Origin: Eledone cirrhosa
Taxonomy: Eukaryota
Direction: 5' to 3'
Length of the DNA: 64,000 bases
NCBI GenBank assembly: GCA_964016885.1
Contig: OZ024745.1
Location: 18,910,001 to 18,974,000 of the forward strand
The notes beneath the pieces were generated by a model, which saw only the letters and a list, made by a program, of their open reading frames with translations, searched no databases and had not been told where the DNA came from. A program made the translations under genes and the position numbers. Of the stretch, positions 54,135 to 64,000 are shown one piece after another. The number at the start of each line of letters is the position of its first letter. Position 1 is the first letter of the stretch.

Positions 54135-56215
54135 TAAATACATTACTTAAAAAACTAAAAGACACTAACGGTATCATAGTAAAAGCAGACAAAACATCAA
54201 ACGTATACTCTATGGACATTAACACATACAATAACTTTATTCAGCGTGAACTACATAAAAAATATAAAAAAACAAATGAATCTACACTCACCAGCATTAA
54301 CATGGAGGGCCTCAAGATAGTTAATAAACTCGGAATTTCAGATAGGACCGAACCGCTTACCCCGTGCAACCCTACATTTAACCTGAAGGATCACAAAAAT
54401 AACTTTGAAACTAATCCCACCATTAGATTAATATGCCCATCCAAGTCAGACATAGGTAAAATTAGCAAAAACATTCTAGATAGGGTAATCGCACAAATAA
54501 AGGGTAAACTAAAAATCAATTTATGGGGCAACACTAACGAGGCAATTAAATGGTTCAATAAAATACAAAATAGGGAGACGTGTAACTTCATACAATTTGA
54601 TATAGACGACTATTATGCATCCATATCCCCAGCTACCCTAGATAAGGCGCTTATATTTGCCCAAAATAACTCTGATCTTACCCATGATGAAATTGAAATA
54701 ATAATAGCGGCTAGAAGGACTATCATAAAATTTGAAAATAACTACTGGGTAAGAAAGGATAGAATAAATAGCTTCGATATAACAATGGGATCAAATGATT
54801 CTGCGCAAATCACAGATATCGTGGGGCTATTCATAGCACACAACCTACATAAGGAATTCAGTAACCTCCAAGGAGGAATTTATAGGGACGACACGTTACT
54901 TATAGCTAGGAACATAAACAACCAGAGCATGGAAAGACTAAGGAAAAATATTAGAATATTCTTCAAAAAACTAGGCCTAAGTATTACCTACGAACTAAAC
55001 CATAAGAAGGTAAATTTTCTAGATGTAACTCTAAATCTAAATACTGGATTAATAGAACCTTTCCACAAAAATAATGAAAATCTTACCTACATTAGTTACA
55101 ACTCAAATCACCCCAAATCCATAATTAAATCCATAGCACGTAGTATATCCCTCCGAATATCCCGCTTATCCTCAAACCTAGAAATCTTTAACGAGCATGC
55201 TGACTATTATAATGCAGCATTAAGTAGGGCCGGTTATAAAGATAAACTACAGTATATAGTGAATAAGGACAACATAAACAATCCTAGTAATTACTACTCC
55301 AACCGCTCACATAATAATAGGAATAGCTTGACTAGACATAGGGTTAGACATGTAACACCTGGAGTAAACGGCCAAAACACTAATAACGTAAACCCAAGAA
55401 ACAATAGAAGAAACAGACAAAGAAAATACCTATGGTTCAACCCAATATTCAACTCCTCTATAAAAACTAGACTGCCCTCTACATTCTTTAAACTAATAGA
55501 TAAACACTTCCCTATCTCGCATAGATATCACAAAATACTCAATAGATCTACTATAAAACTCTCATTCTCAACAGCAGCTAACATAGAATCACACATACGC
55601 AAGATCAACCACAGAAATATCTCTAGTAAATCAATTGCACCTATACATAGGCACAAACTCATCACAACATCACAACCACAAGCGCATACAAACGCGCAGC
55701 AGCAAAACCCCATTGGGCATATATCACAACCCACTTATAACAGAGTACTAAATAGGAATGTAAAAGCTGCACAAAATAGCGCCTCAAACTGTAACTGTCA
55801 CCTCCCAGATAGGTGCCCATTGGCGAACAGATGCCTCGATTCGAGCCTGGTGTACATGTGCACTGTCATCTCGGGTAACTCCACCTGGAATTACATAGGA
55901 TCCACCGCGGGTTCTTTTAAGAAAAGATGGTATGTGCACAGGCACTCAATGAAAAACCGTGCACTTATGGGTTCCACCACCCTCGCCAGAAAAATATGGG
56001 AATTGAAGGACAGCAACACTAACTACAGTATCAACTGGTCGAAGTTGTCGGCTGCTAAAACCTATAGTACAGGGATGTCCTATTGCGGGCTGTGTGATCT
56101 TGAGCTATTGTATATCCTTAGAAATGCTAAAAGGCTACTTAACAATAAGTTAGAAAGATCTATCTTCTGCAGACATAGAATAGCCACTAAATTCATAAGA
56201 TTCAAACCTCCGTGA
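54135..56215 (+). CDS. 5'-truncated PLE ORF (RT + CxCx5C linker + GIY-YIG), Hydra-clade-like
   Basis: KADKT, LKDHK, RLICPSKSDIG, QFDIDDYYASI, FDITMGS, GIYRDD, VNFLDV; CNCHLPDRCPL; LVYMC...YIGST...FKKRWYVH...CGLCDLE...CRH. The first ~10 codons of ORF call 54107 come from the inverted arm. Confidence 0.9.
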
Positions 56216-56534
56216 ATCGAACCAACATAACATAGCTTTAAATTAGGATACCTACTACCCACAGAAATATATTCATTAAGTATACTATATCCTTCACAAG
56301 TCTATACCACAAAATTGTCTGTAAGTACCTCATCTACCAACAATCTTACTCCTTCTCAGCTGCTGCCATCATTTGATCCTAAATCCTAGTTTTTCTAATT
56401 TCACTACTACAATGTTACTTTACCTTCTTTTTGCCATAATTACAATTAGCACGCTTTCTCTTTGCATGTATGTATATTTTTGTACGAGTGTATATTGATG
56501 TGTATGTATGTGTCTATGTACACATGCATGTGTA

Positions 56535-56693
<159 letters not shown>

Positions 56694-57073
56694 AAATATA
56701 TGCGTATATTAATTCGTTAACCTCTGTATTAACTCTACAACTATTTAGCTTTGACAGTGGTCCCACTCATGTATACTGTTGAAGATGAAGAGAAAGACTG
56801 TAAAAACTAGCTTATCTTTATAATTTAAAATTGATATACACTACGATACTTTGTACATGTCAACGCTTCATTTTGCCTTATGACAGCTAGTTTTCACGCC
56901 GTAACATTAGATACATTATATACCCCCCACCTAAGTAATGTCAGGGTCTCCTTAAATAATTTATTGATAGCATTGTTGTAATTGTTGTTATTGTTCTAAT
57001 TGAATGCCATTACTACTTCATATAGTAGCCTGTATTTTCTTTTCTTTTCTTGCCTGTGTATTTTCTTCATTCT

Positions 57074-57190
57074 CGCATGCTCCGAAGATCTGACTGGTTA
57101 TAATTCTGTATTGGCGATCGAGTAACGCAAAATTAAGCGGATAGCGATCTCTAGACATACCAGTTCAGTGAAACAAATGTAAGCTATGTG
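57074..57190 (+). ncRNA. Variant hammerhead, CCGAAGA core, long stem II (inverted copy at 52965-53081, -)
   Basis: CGCATGCT-CCGAAGA-tCTGACTGGT...ACCAGTTCAGt-GAAAC-AAAT-GTA-AGCTATGTG. Confidence 0.7.
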
Positions 57191-57482
57191 ATAAAAAACT
57201 TTTTTGTATAGCAAACCATGTAAACCTTCTTTCCTGATTTATTATTACTCCAAGTGTTTACAACATAGGAATTACAGCATACCCGCATCATCACTATGAA
57301 AACGCCTTGTTGATTCAAACCAAGCCAAGCATTAATATCATCCACTACCTGGAATACCATAACTGGACTTCACCTAAGTGGACTGCATTTAACTATTATT
57401 TGTTAATCCGTATATATATATATATATATATGTATATATTAATTCAAAATATTAACAACATAGATATTCTTGTGATCAAGTA

Positions 57483-57549
57483 TATTTTATTATACATATT
57501 TCAGAGGTACTGAGTTAACTTCAACAGTACGTCCTCATCAGATAAAATA
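57483..57549 (-). ncRNA. Type I hammerhead in solo fragment
   Basis: Reverse complement: TATTTTAT-CTGATGA-GGACGTACTG...CAGTACCTCT-GAAAT-ATGT-ATA-ATAAAATA. Confidence 0.8.
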
Positions 57550-57639
57550 AGATGATGTATGACATACCCTGACATAGTAGATGGTTAAGATTCAGTCATG
57601 GTAGTTCTTTGATTTATTCATTGAACCTTGTTTAACCTT

Positions 57640-57764
<125 letters not shown>

Positions 57765-57977
57765 CGTTTCTGAATTTGTTTAGCAAGATTCTTTATCTGA
57801 AATCGTGTGTTGAAACCGATATTGTTATACTTTGGGAGGGTCATGTTGCCAATAAGAAACACACGCACCAGTCGCTTTCACTTCAATTTAATTTATTATA
57901 TATTTATAAATTTACAAATTTATAAATTTCTGGTTGGTTGGTTGGTTCCACAACCAGATAGTTGTTTATATATATAT

Positions 57978-58022
57978 AGTCATAGTTCTTTCGTCACACA
58001 CTCTGTGACCTCTTCAGTGACT
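57978..58022 (-). ncRNA. Minimal hammerhead in 3' pLTR of intact PLE
   Basis: Reverse complement: AGTCA-CTGAAGA-gGTCACA-GAGTG-TGTGAC-GAAAG-AA-CTA-TGACT. Confidence 0.85.
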
Positions 58023-58305
58023 GGGGATTTCTTTCTTCGTTTCTGTGCCTTTCCTTTCTTCTATCCTACGCCATTTTGTTTGTGTGTGGGTTGCGTGCTC
58101 AGTTTGCGCATGCGCCACATCCGGGTGTCTGTGTGTATTTGTGTTCATTTTTCTATTTGTTTGTTTATTTATTTATTTATTGTTGGTTGGTTGTTTGTTC
58201 TATATGTGTGTGTGTTTTCATTTTGTCTTGTGTGTGTTTTCATTTTGTGTGTGTTTTCAATTGTAAGTTGTTTGTTCTATGTGTGTGTGTGTTTTCATTT
58301 TGTCC

Positions 58306-61300
58306 TTAATTGTAAGTTGTGATGTTGCTGTTCCACTCATATTTTCTATTTAATTTTGGTTTTAATTCTTTTATGCTTACTGCCTCTGTAATTTGCCTAA
58401 ACATTGCGTCTTTCTTGTGTGTGGATTCTATTTTTATTTTTATTTCTATGCTCTCTAATTTACCCCTGTGTTCTATCTTAGCATGTTGGTAGAGCACAGA
58501 TGATTCTTTATTATCTTGGAGGTCTCGCCAGTGTTCATTTATTCGTTCCCCTATACTACGAGCTGTCTCACCTATGTACACTATATTTTTGTTTCTACAT
58601 TGTCCTTCAGTACATCTTATGCTATATACTACATTTCTAGTTTTACAGTTAATATGGGGGCTTATTTTACAGGTTATACATTTCTTATCTATACATGAGG
58701 GTCTTTGGAACGGGTATGTCTTGCTAATAAGTGTTTTTACGGAGGTACCAGGTCTTTCTACTATCTTAATATTGAGATTATGTTTCTTTAGGGCCCTTCT
58801 AAATTTGTAGGCTAGTTCGCCTCTAGGGGTTGTATTGATGAACATTACACTCTGGTATTTATTGCTATCATACCATGAGTTTATTCTATTGGCCTTGTTC
58901 TTAGTTCTTTCTATTCTATTCCAAAATTTGCTCCTATACAAGGGGCAGGTCCCATTTATGTCATTATTTACCATTTTTTCCCATTTGGTTCTGGCTCCTT
59001 TATACACTCTGATTCTATCTCTCTGATTGTAGCCAGAGAACTGCATACAGTGGATGAAGTGTTGTATGTGTCTCTCTAGTTCTTCGGGGTTGCACATGCG
59101 GGACACATTTCTCATCACCCGTACCAAATCCGCAATCAGTATGTTGATTTTGGTATGGTCCGAAATGGCCGAGTTTCGGTGGATCAGATGTTTGGAAGTC
59201 ATGGGTTTGGCATAATGGGAATGGAGGATTTGTTTTTGGTTGTTAATTGTATCTAACCAGAGCTCTGTGTCTAGTACAGGTAATCGATGGTTGGGGTGTC
59301 TACTTGGGTAGTCTATAGTAACTCTAATGCTCTGGTGGATGGAGTTTGTTATTTGCTGGATGCTTTCCATTGTGTTTTTCTCTAGTTCCTGACTGTTCTT
59401 TAGTGGGGGTGTCTTAACTACGATGTTTATATCATCTACGTAGCGGGAGTACATTATCAGGGTTAAGCTGTCTTCTAATTGTTCATTAAGTTTTTGTTTA
59501 AGTTTACTGTCCCACCATACCATGAATAAGTTAGCTATGTCGCCTGCAATGCTAACACCAATGGCTGCTCCTTCCTCTTGGGCATATGTTTTACCATTAA
59601 ATTTGAACATATGTTCCTTAAGGGTTAATTTTATGCTGGCCCCTACCGCATGTGCAATCATTTTCTTCAGTTCATCGTGGTTTTCGGGTGTCCGTATGGC
59701 TCTGGTCCACCCGTTCCATCTATCTGTGTGGGTTTTCTTGGCCATTGAGGTAATGGTAGGTGGTCTGCCTCTTGCTGGTCTTGTAGGGCACAGGTTGCTA
59801 AGGTCATAAGTGTCTAGGTAACTATTACTATGGGTAAGCTTAAGTAGAAGTCCCAGCTCACTGGTATCAATCCCACGGAACTCAACCTTGCTCTCGCTGA
59901 TCATTTCGACGCATTTCTCCACAGCAAAATCCACGTCAATAGATGGATACAGGGACACAACATCCATACTGCCTATTATGCAGTTTGTTAGGCCCCCAGA
60001 TCGGTTACCCGCGCCGATTCTGCTGAGGAGGTCCTCCGTGCTGTCACACACATCTGGGGACATCTCAATGATGGGGCGTATGATCAGGGAGAGGAAGTAA
60101 GACAGTCTGTAGTTACTAGCAATGTTAGCCCCACAGACTGGCCGTGTTGGTGGTCCCGCGACAGGGTCCCAGCCCGTTTTATGGTCTTTTCGAAGCCCAT
60201 ACAACGCCGGCACGTCATTGTTCCAGGCCTGGAAGTTGTTGGCAGTCCTTTTGTTGGGCTGCATTATATTTGTCCACATCACCATATGGGCATTGAGGGT
60301 TTTTTCTCTATCCTCATGCTCCTGTGGTGTTACCTCTCTTGTGTTAGTGATGTGGGGTTGCATTGCCTGGATGTAGTTTGGCAGGCTGTCAACCGACATT
60401 CTGCCAGACTTGTCTGTTGGAAAGCATGCTATCTCTCCATTACGCGAGCGCTGCATGAGCTTACGCAAGCCATTTGCAGATTCTTCTCCCAGTTGCTGGG
60501 CCTCTATTCTATTATGCTTCTTGCTATACTGTTCTATAATATTTCTAAGTTCGGATTTAGCTATACTAAATTGTGCTTCTGTTTGTTCATCGACCTGCGA
60601 CGGCAACTGCGTGCGTTTGTTAAATGGCAAAGTCGTGGCGTGGACTCGTCGTAGGTCGAATGATTTATCGGAGGGGTTATAAAACGGAGAGTTCCAGGCT
60701 GCTGCTTTATGTGTACTAGTGCTATTGTTATTGTTAGTTGTGTTGTTTCTATTTCCACCAACAGCAGCAGCCTCAGCTTCATGGTTGTTTCTATGTCTCT
60801 CATAATTACTCCTGTCTCTTTCCACTGGCTCAATGTTGTTATCTACCCTATTTTGTGTGTCTGTGTGTTCGTCTTGGTTATTCTCTTTGTCCTTAGTCTC
60901 CCATCTCCTTTTCCTTTTAATCCTATTACTTTCTCTTATTTCTCTGATTTCTGTGCTACTGTCATTACTTGTTTTCTGTGTGTGTGTGTTTGTTAAGATT
61001 GTGGTGGTGGTGAGAGGCATTGAATGCGTGTGTGTTGTTGTTGTTGATGTGTGTTGTTGTTGATGTGTGTTGTTGTTGTCTCCGTGTGTGTGTGTGTTAT
61101 CGTTGTTGTGTGTGTTGTTATTGTTGTTTGTGTTTGCGTGTCTGTTGTTGTTGTATCTGGGTATGTTGCTATTGTTGTTGTTGTTGATGTGTGTGTTGTT
61201 GTTATTGTTGTCTCCGTGTGTGTTGTTATTGTTGTTTGTGTCTGCGTGTCTGTTGTATCTGGGTATGTTGCTATTGTTGTTGTTGTATCTGGGTATGTTG

Positions 61301-62037
61301 CTATTGTTGTTGTTGTATCTGGGTATGTTGCTATTGTTGTTGTTATTGTTGTTTGTGTCTGTGTGTCTGTTGTTGTTGGAATGTGTGTTGTATATGTGTG
61401 TGCGTATATTGTTGCTTTTGTTTTTGTTTTTGATGCTCCAGCGTAGTTTCGTAAATGATTTTTCTATTTCTGACAGACAACTAATCATATTTACCTTCTT
61501 GAATGTCGCAAATTTGGGTGGCAGACGTAACACAGACATTTCATTATTATCTATTTCCGTGTTTCCATAAATGTTGGTATTTTCATTGTTGAACTCTTCA
61601 GATAATGAGGTGTCGGCCATGTTGATACCGTCAATTTTGTCGGGATATCTATCGGTATACTCTATAGTATCCCGATTTAGCTTTGCCTGTTTAAGCCACT
61701 TTAATTTTCTGTTAAAGTGCTTATTACATTCTTGAGTAATGTACTGTTCTTCGGGGCGTATAAGGCTTATAAATGTTAGTTTTTCTGCTGGTGTGGTGAT
61801 TTTAGATATTTCTTGTATTAGGTTACGCTTTAGTTTTTCTTGATGACTTAATTCTCTATAGATCTTCTTTTTTATGTTTAGAATTAAAGTTCGTTTTAGC
61901 CTATCTGCTTGTTTTTTGGTGAGTTGTAATCTTCTAACGTCGGTATTGATGGTGTTGGTGTAGATTCTAGAAGTGGTGCACAGTTTTATGAAGCGTAGTT
62001 GTCGAGATGTTATGGTTTTTCGTAGACAACAGAACAT
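58306..62037 (-). CDS. Penelope-like element ORF: RT + Cys-rich linker + C-terminal GIY-YIG endonuclease (Neptune-like architecture), apparently intact
   Basis: Uninterrupted 1243 aa. RT motifs PTDKSG, GSMDVVSLYPSI, GAAIG, YSRYVDD; linker CIDKKCITC; endonuclease VVYSIRC...VYIGETARSIGERINEH...QHAKIEH...ITEAVSI...LNRKYEW. Confidence 0.95.
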   Translation of the reverse strand: MFCCLRKTITSRQLRFIKLCTTSRIYTNTINTDVRRLQLTKKQADRLKRTLILNIKKKIYRELSHQEKLKRNLIQEISKITTPAEKLTFISLIRPEEQYITQECNKHFNRKLKWLKQAKLNRDTIEYTDRYPDKIDGINMADTSLSEEFNNENTNIYGNTEIDNNEMSVLRLPPKFATFKKVNMISCLSEIEKSFTKLRWSIKNKNKSNNIRTHIYNTHSNNNRHTDTNNNNNNNSNIPRYNNNNSNIPRYNNNNSNIPRYNRHADTNNNNNTHGDNNNNNTHINNNNNSNIPRYNNNRHANTNNNNNTHNNDNTHTHGDNNNTHQQQHTSTTTTHTHSMPLTTTTILTNTHTQKTSNDSSTEIREIRESNRIKRKRRWETKDKENNQDEHTDTQNRVDNNIEPVERDRSNYERHRNNHEAEAAAVGGNRNNTTNNNNSTSTHKAAAWNSPFYNPSDKSFDLRRVHATTLPFNKRTQLPSQVDEQTEAQFSIAKSELRNIIEQYSKKHNRIEAQQLGEESANGLRKLMQRSRNGEIACFPTDKSGRMSVDSLPNYIQAMQPHITNTREVTPQEHEDREKTLNAHMVMWTNIMQPNKRTANNFQAWNNDVPALYGLRKDHKTGWDPVAGPPTRPVCGANIASNYRLSYFLSLIIRPIIEMSPDVCDSTEDLLSRIGAGNRSGGLTNCIIGSMDVVSLYPSIDVDFAVEKCVEMISESKVEFRGIDTSELGLLLKLTHSNSYLDTYDLSNLCPTRPARGRPPTITSMAKKTHTDRWNGWTRAIRTPENHDELKKMIAHAVGASIKLTLKEHMFKFNGKTYAQEEGAAIGVSIAGDIANLFMVWWDSKLKQKLNEQLEDSLTLIMYSRYVDDINIVVKTPPLKNSQELEKNTMESIQQITNSIHQSIRVTIDYPSRHPNHRLPVLDTELWLDTINNQKQILHSHYAKPMTSKHLIHRNSAISDHTKINILIADLVRVMRNVSRMCNPEELERHIQHFIHCMQFSGYNQRDRIRVYKGARTKWEKMVNNDINGTCPLYRSKFWNRIERTKNKANRINSWYDSNKYQSVMFINTTPRGELAYKFRRALKKHNLNIKIVERPGTSVKTLISKTYPFQRPSCIDKKCITCKISPHINCKTRNVVYSIRCTEGQCRNKNIVYIGETARSIGERINEHWRDLQDNKESSVLYQHAKIEHRGKLESIEIKIKIESTHKKDAMFRQITEAVSIKELKPKLNRKYEWNSNITTYN

Positions 62038-63124
62038 GGTGGTTTTCAGTATCTTGTTAGCCTGGCTAAGGCTTACGATATTTCGTTTCTGAATCTGAGG
62101 AGGTCCTCCGTGCTGTCACACACATCTGGGGACATCTCAATGATGGGGCGTATGATCAGGGAGATGAAGTAAGACAGTCTGTAGTTACTAGCAATGTTAG
62201 CCCCACAGACTGGCCGTGTTGGTGGTCCCGCGACAGGGTCCCAGCCCGTTTTATGGTCTTTTCGAAGCCCATACAACGCCGGCACGTCATTGTTCCAGGC
62301 CTGGAAGTTGTTGGCAGTCCTTTTGTTGGGCTGCATTATATTTGTCCACATCACCATATGGGCATTGAGGGTTTTTTCTCTATCCTCATGCTCCTGTGGT
62401 GTTACCTCTCTTGTGTTAGTGATTAGCAAGACATACCCGTTCCAAAGACCCTCATGTATAGATAAGAAATGTATAACCTGTAAAATAAGCCCCCATAACT
62501 GTAAAACTAGAAATGTAGTATATAGCATAAGATGTACTGAAGGACAATGTAGAAACAAAAATATAGTGTACATAGGTGAGACAGCTCGTAGTATAGTGGA
62601 ACGAATAAATGAACACTGGCGAGACCTCCAAGATAATAAAGAATCATCTGTGCTCTACCAACATGCTAAGATAGAACACAGGGGTAAATTAGAGAGCATA
62701 GAAATAAAAATAAAAATAGAATCCACACACAAGAAAGACGCAATGTTTAGGCAAATTACAGAGGCAGTAAGCATAAAAGAATTAAAACCAAAATTAAATA
62801 GAAAATATGAGTGGAACAGCAACATCACAACTTACAATTAAGGACAAAATGAAAACACACACACACATAGAACAAACAACTTACAATTGAAAACACACAC
62901 AAAATGAAAACACACACAAGACAAAATGAAAACACACACACACATAGAACAAACAACCAACCAACAATAAATAAATAAATAAACAAACAAATAGAAAAAT
63001 GAACACAAACACACACAGACACCCGGATGTGGCGCATGCGCAAACTGAGCACGCAACCCACACACAAACAAAATGGCGTAGGATAGAAGAAAGGAAAGGC
63101 ACAGAAACGAAGAAAGAAATCCCC

Positions 63125-63169
63125 AGTCACTGAAGAGGTCACAGAGTGTGTGACGAAAGAACTATGACT
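63125..63169 (+). ncRNA. Minimal hammerhead, inverted-arm copy
   Basis: Identical to the reverse complement of 57978-58022. Confidence 0.85.
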
Positions 63170-63320
63170 ATATATATATAAACAACTATCTGGTTGTGGA
63201 ACCAACCAACCAACCAGAAATTTATAAATTTGTAAATTTATAAATATATAATAAATTAAATTGAAGTGAAAGCAACTGGTGCGTGTGTTTCTTATTGGCA
63301 ACATGACCCTCCCAAAGTAT

Positions 63321-63391
<71 letters not shown>

Positions 63392-63461
63392 AAGGTTAAA
63401 CAAGGTTCAAAATATAAAGGGGTAATATTATATATATATGTATATATATATATATATATAT

Positions 63462-63750
63462 AAGTATGTATACGTACATACATATATGTATACAGACGTA
63501 CAGTAGTATGTATATATATACATACATGCACACATATATATATGTACGTATGGGTTTACCGAACATTTATTATAATGCTCGGTTTGTTTGTAAACAAATG
63601 TTCGGTAAACCCATACGCACATGCGTGCATGTATGTATATATATACATACTACTGTACGTCTGTATACATATGTGTATGTACGTATACATACTTATATTT
63701 AAGTAACAGCCGTACTAAGAGTGAGAAATGAAATTTCGTTTCTTTTTTTC
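63462..63750 (+). mobile_element. Truncated, inverted family A copy
   Basis: 63462-63565 inverted to ~63598-63693; same TAAGTAACAGCCGTACTAAGAGTG.GAAATGAAATTT tail. Confidence 0.75.
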
Positions 63751-63756
63751 TATGTA

Positions 63757-63790
<34 letters not shown>

Positions 63791-64000
63791 CATATATATT
63801 TATATATATATATAGTGAGTTAGAAACTCAGAGTAGTCTCTTACAATTAAATAGCTCTAAGAAAAAAGCTTTTCCGAGCCTTACAATATAATTGAATAAA
63901 CAAGAGAGATGAACACTAATATAAACATACATGTTTTCGAATCGTAAGGACCAAGTTTGCTAGAGTGAAAAAATACGAACTACAGCAATATGGTTTGTCA

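Noticed and set aside
59522-61570. + strand ORFs antisense to the PLE ORF
   Set aside because: Shadow frames of the real - strand ORF.

Overview
AT-rich, microsatellite-dense eukaryotic repeat region with no supportable host gene. The SINE and Penelope content suggests an invertebrate, most likely an octopus (inference). The window is dominated by Penelope-like retroelements (PLEs) inserted into (TA)n tracts: one essentially intact 1243-aa RT plus GIY-YIG ORF (58306-62037, -), a 5'-truncated Hydra-type ORF (~54135-56215, +), and several decayed Neptune-type and Hydra-type copies. It also carries RTE-type LINE fragments, tRNA-derived SINEs and minisatellites. By eye I find about 20 type I hammerhead ribozyme (HHR) motifs, several with non-canonical cores (CCGANGA; UUGAAAA with a U3-A8 swap) or stem II extended to 60-110 nt. 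The most interesting system is a set of small non-coding elements that copy the PLE insertion architecture. One is a ~430-470-nt unit with an HHR and an octamer motif (retrozyme-like); another is a ~135-nt element with fixed ends. Their inverted 5' arms, like those of the PLEs, end at TAT/TATA microhomology to the (TA)n target, and several junctions show reiterative stutters. All RNA folds were read manually; none were computed.
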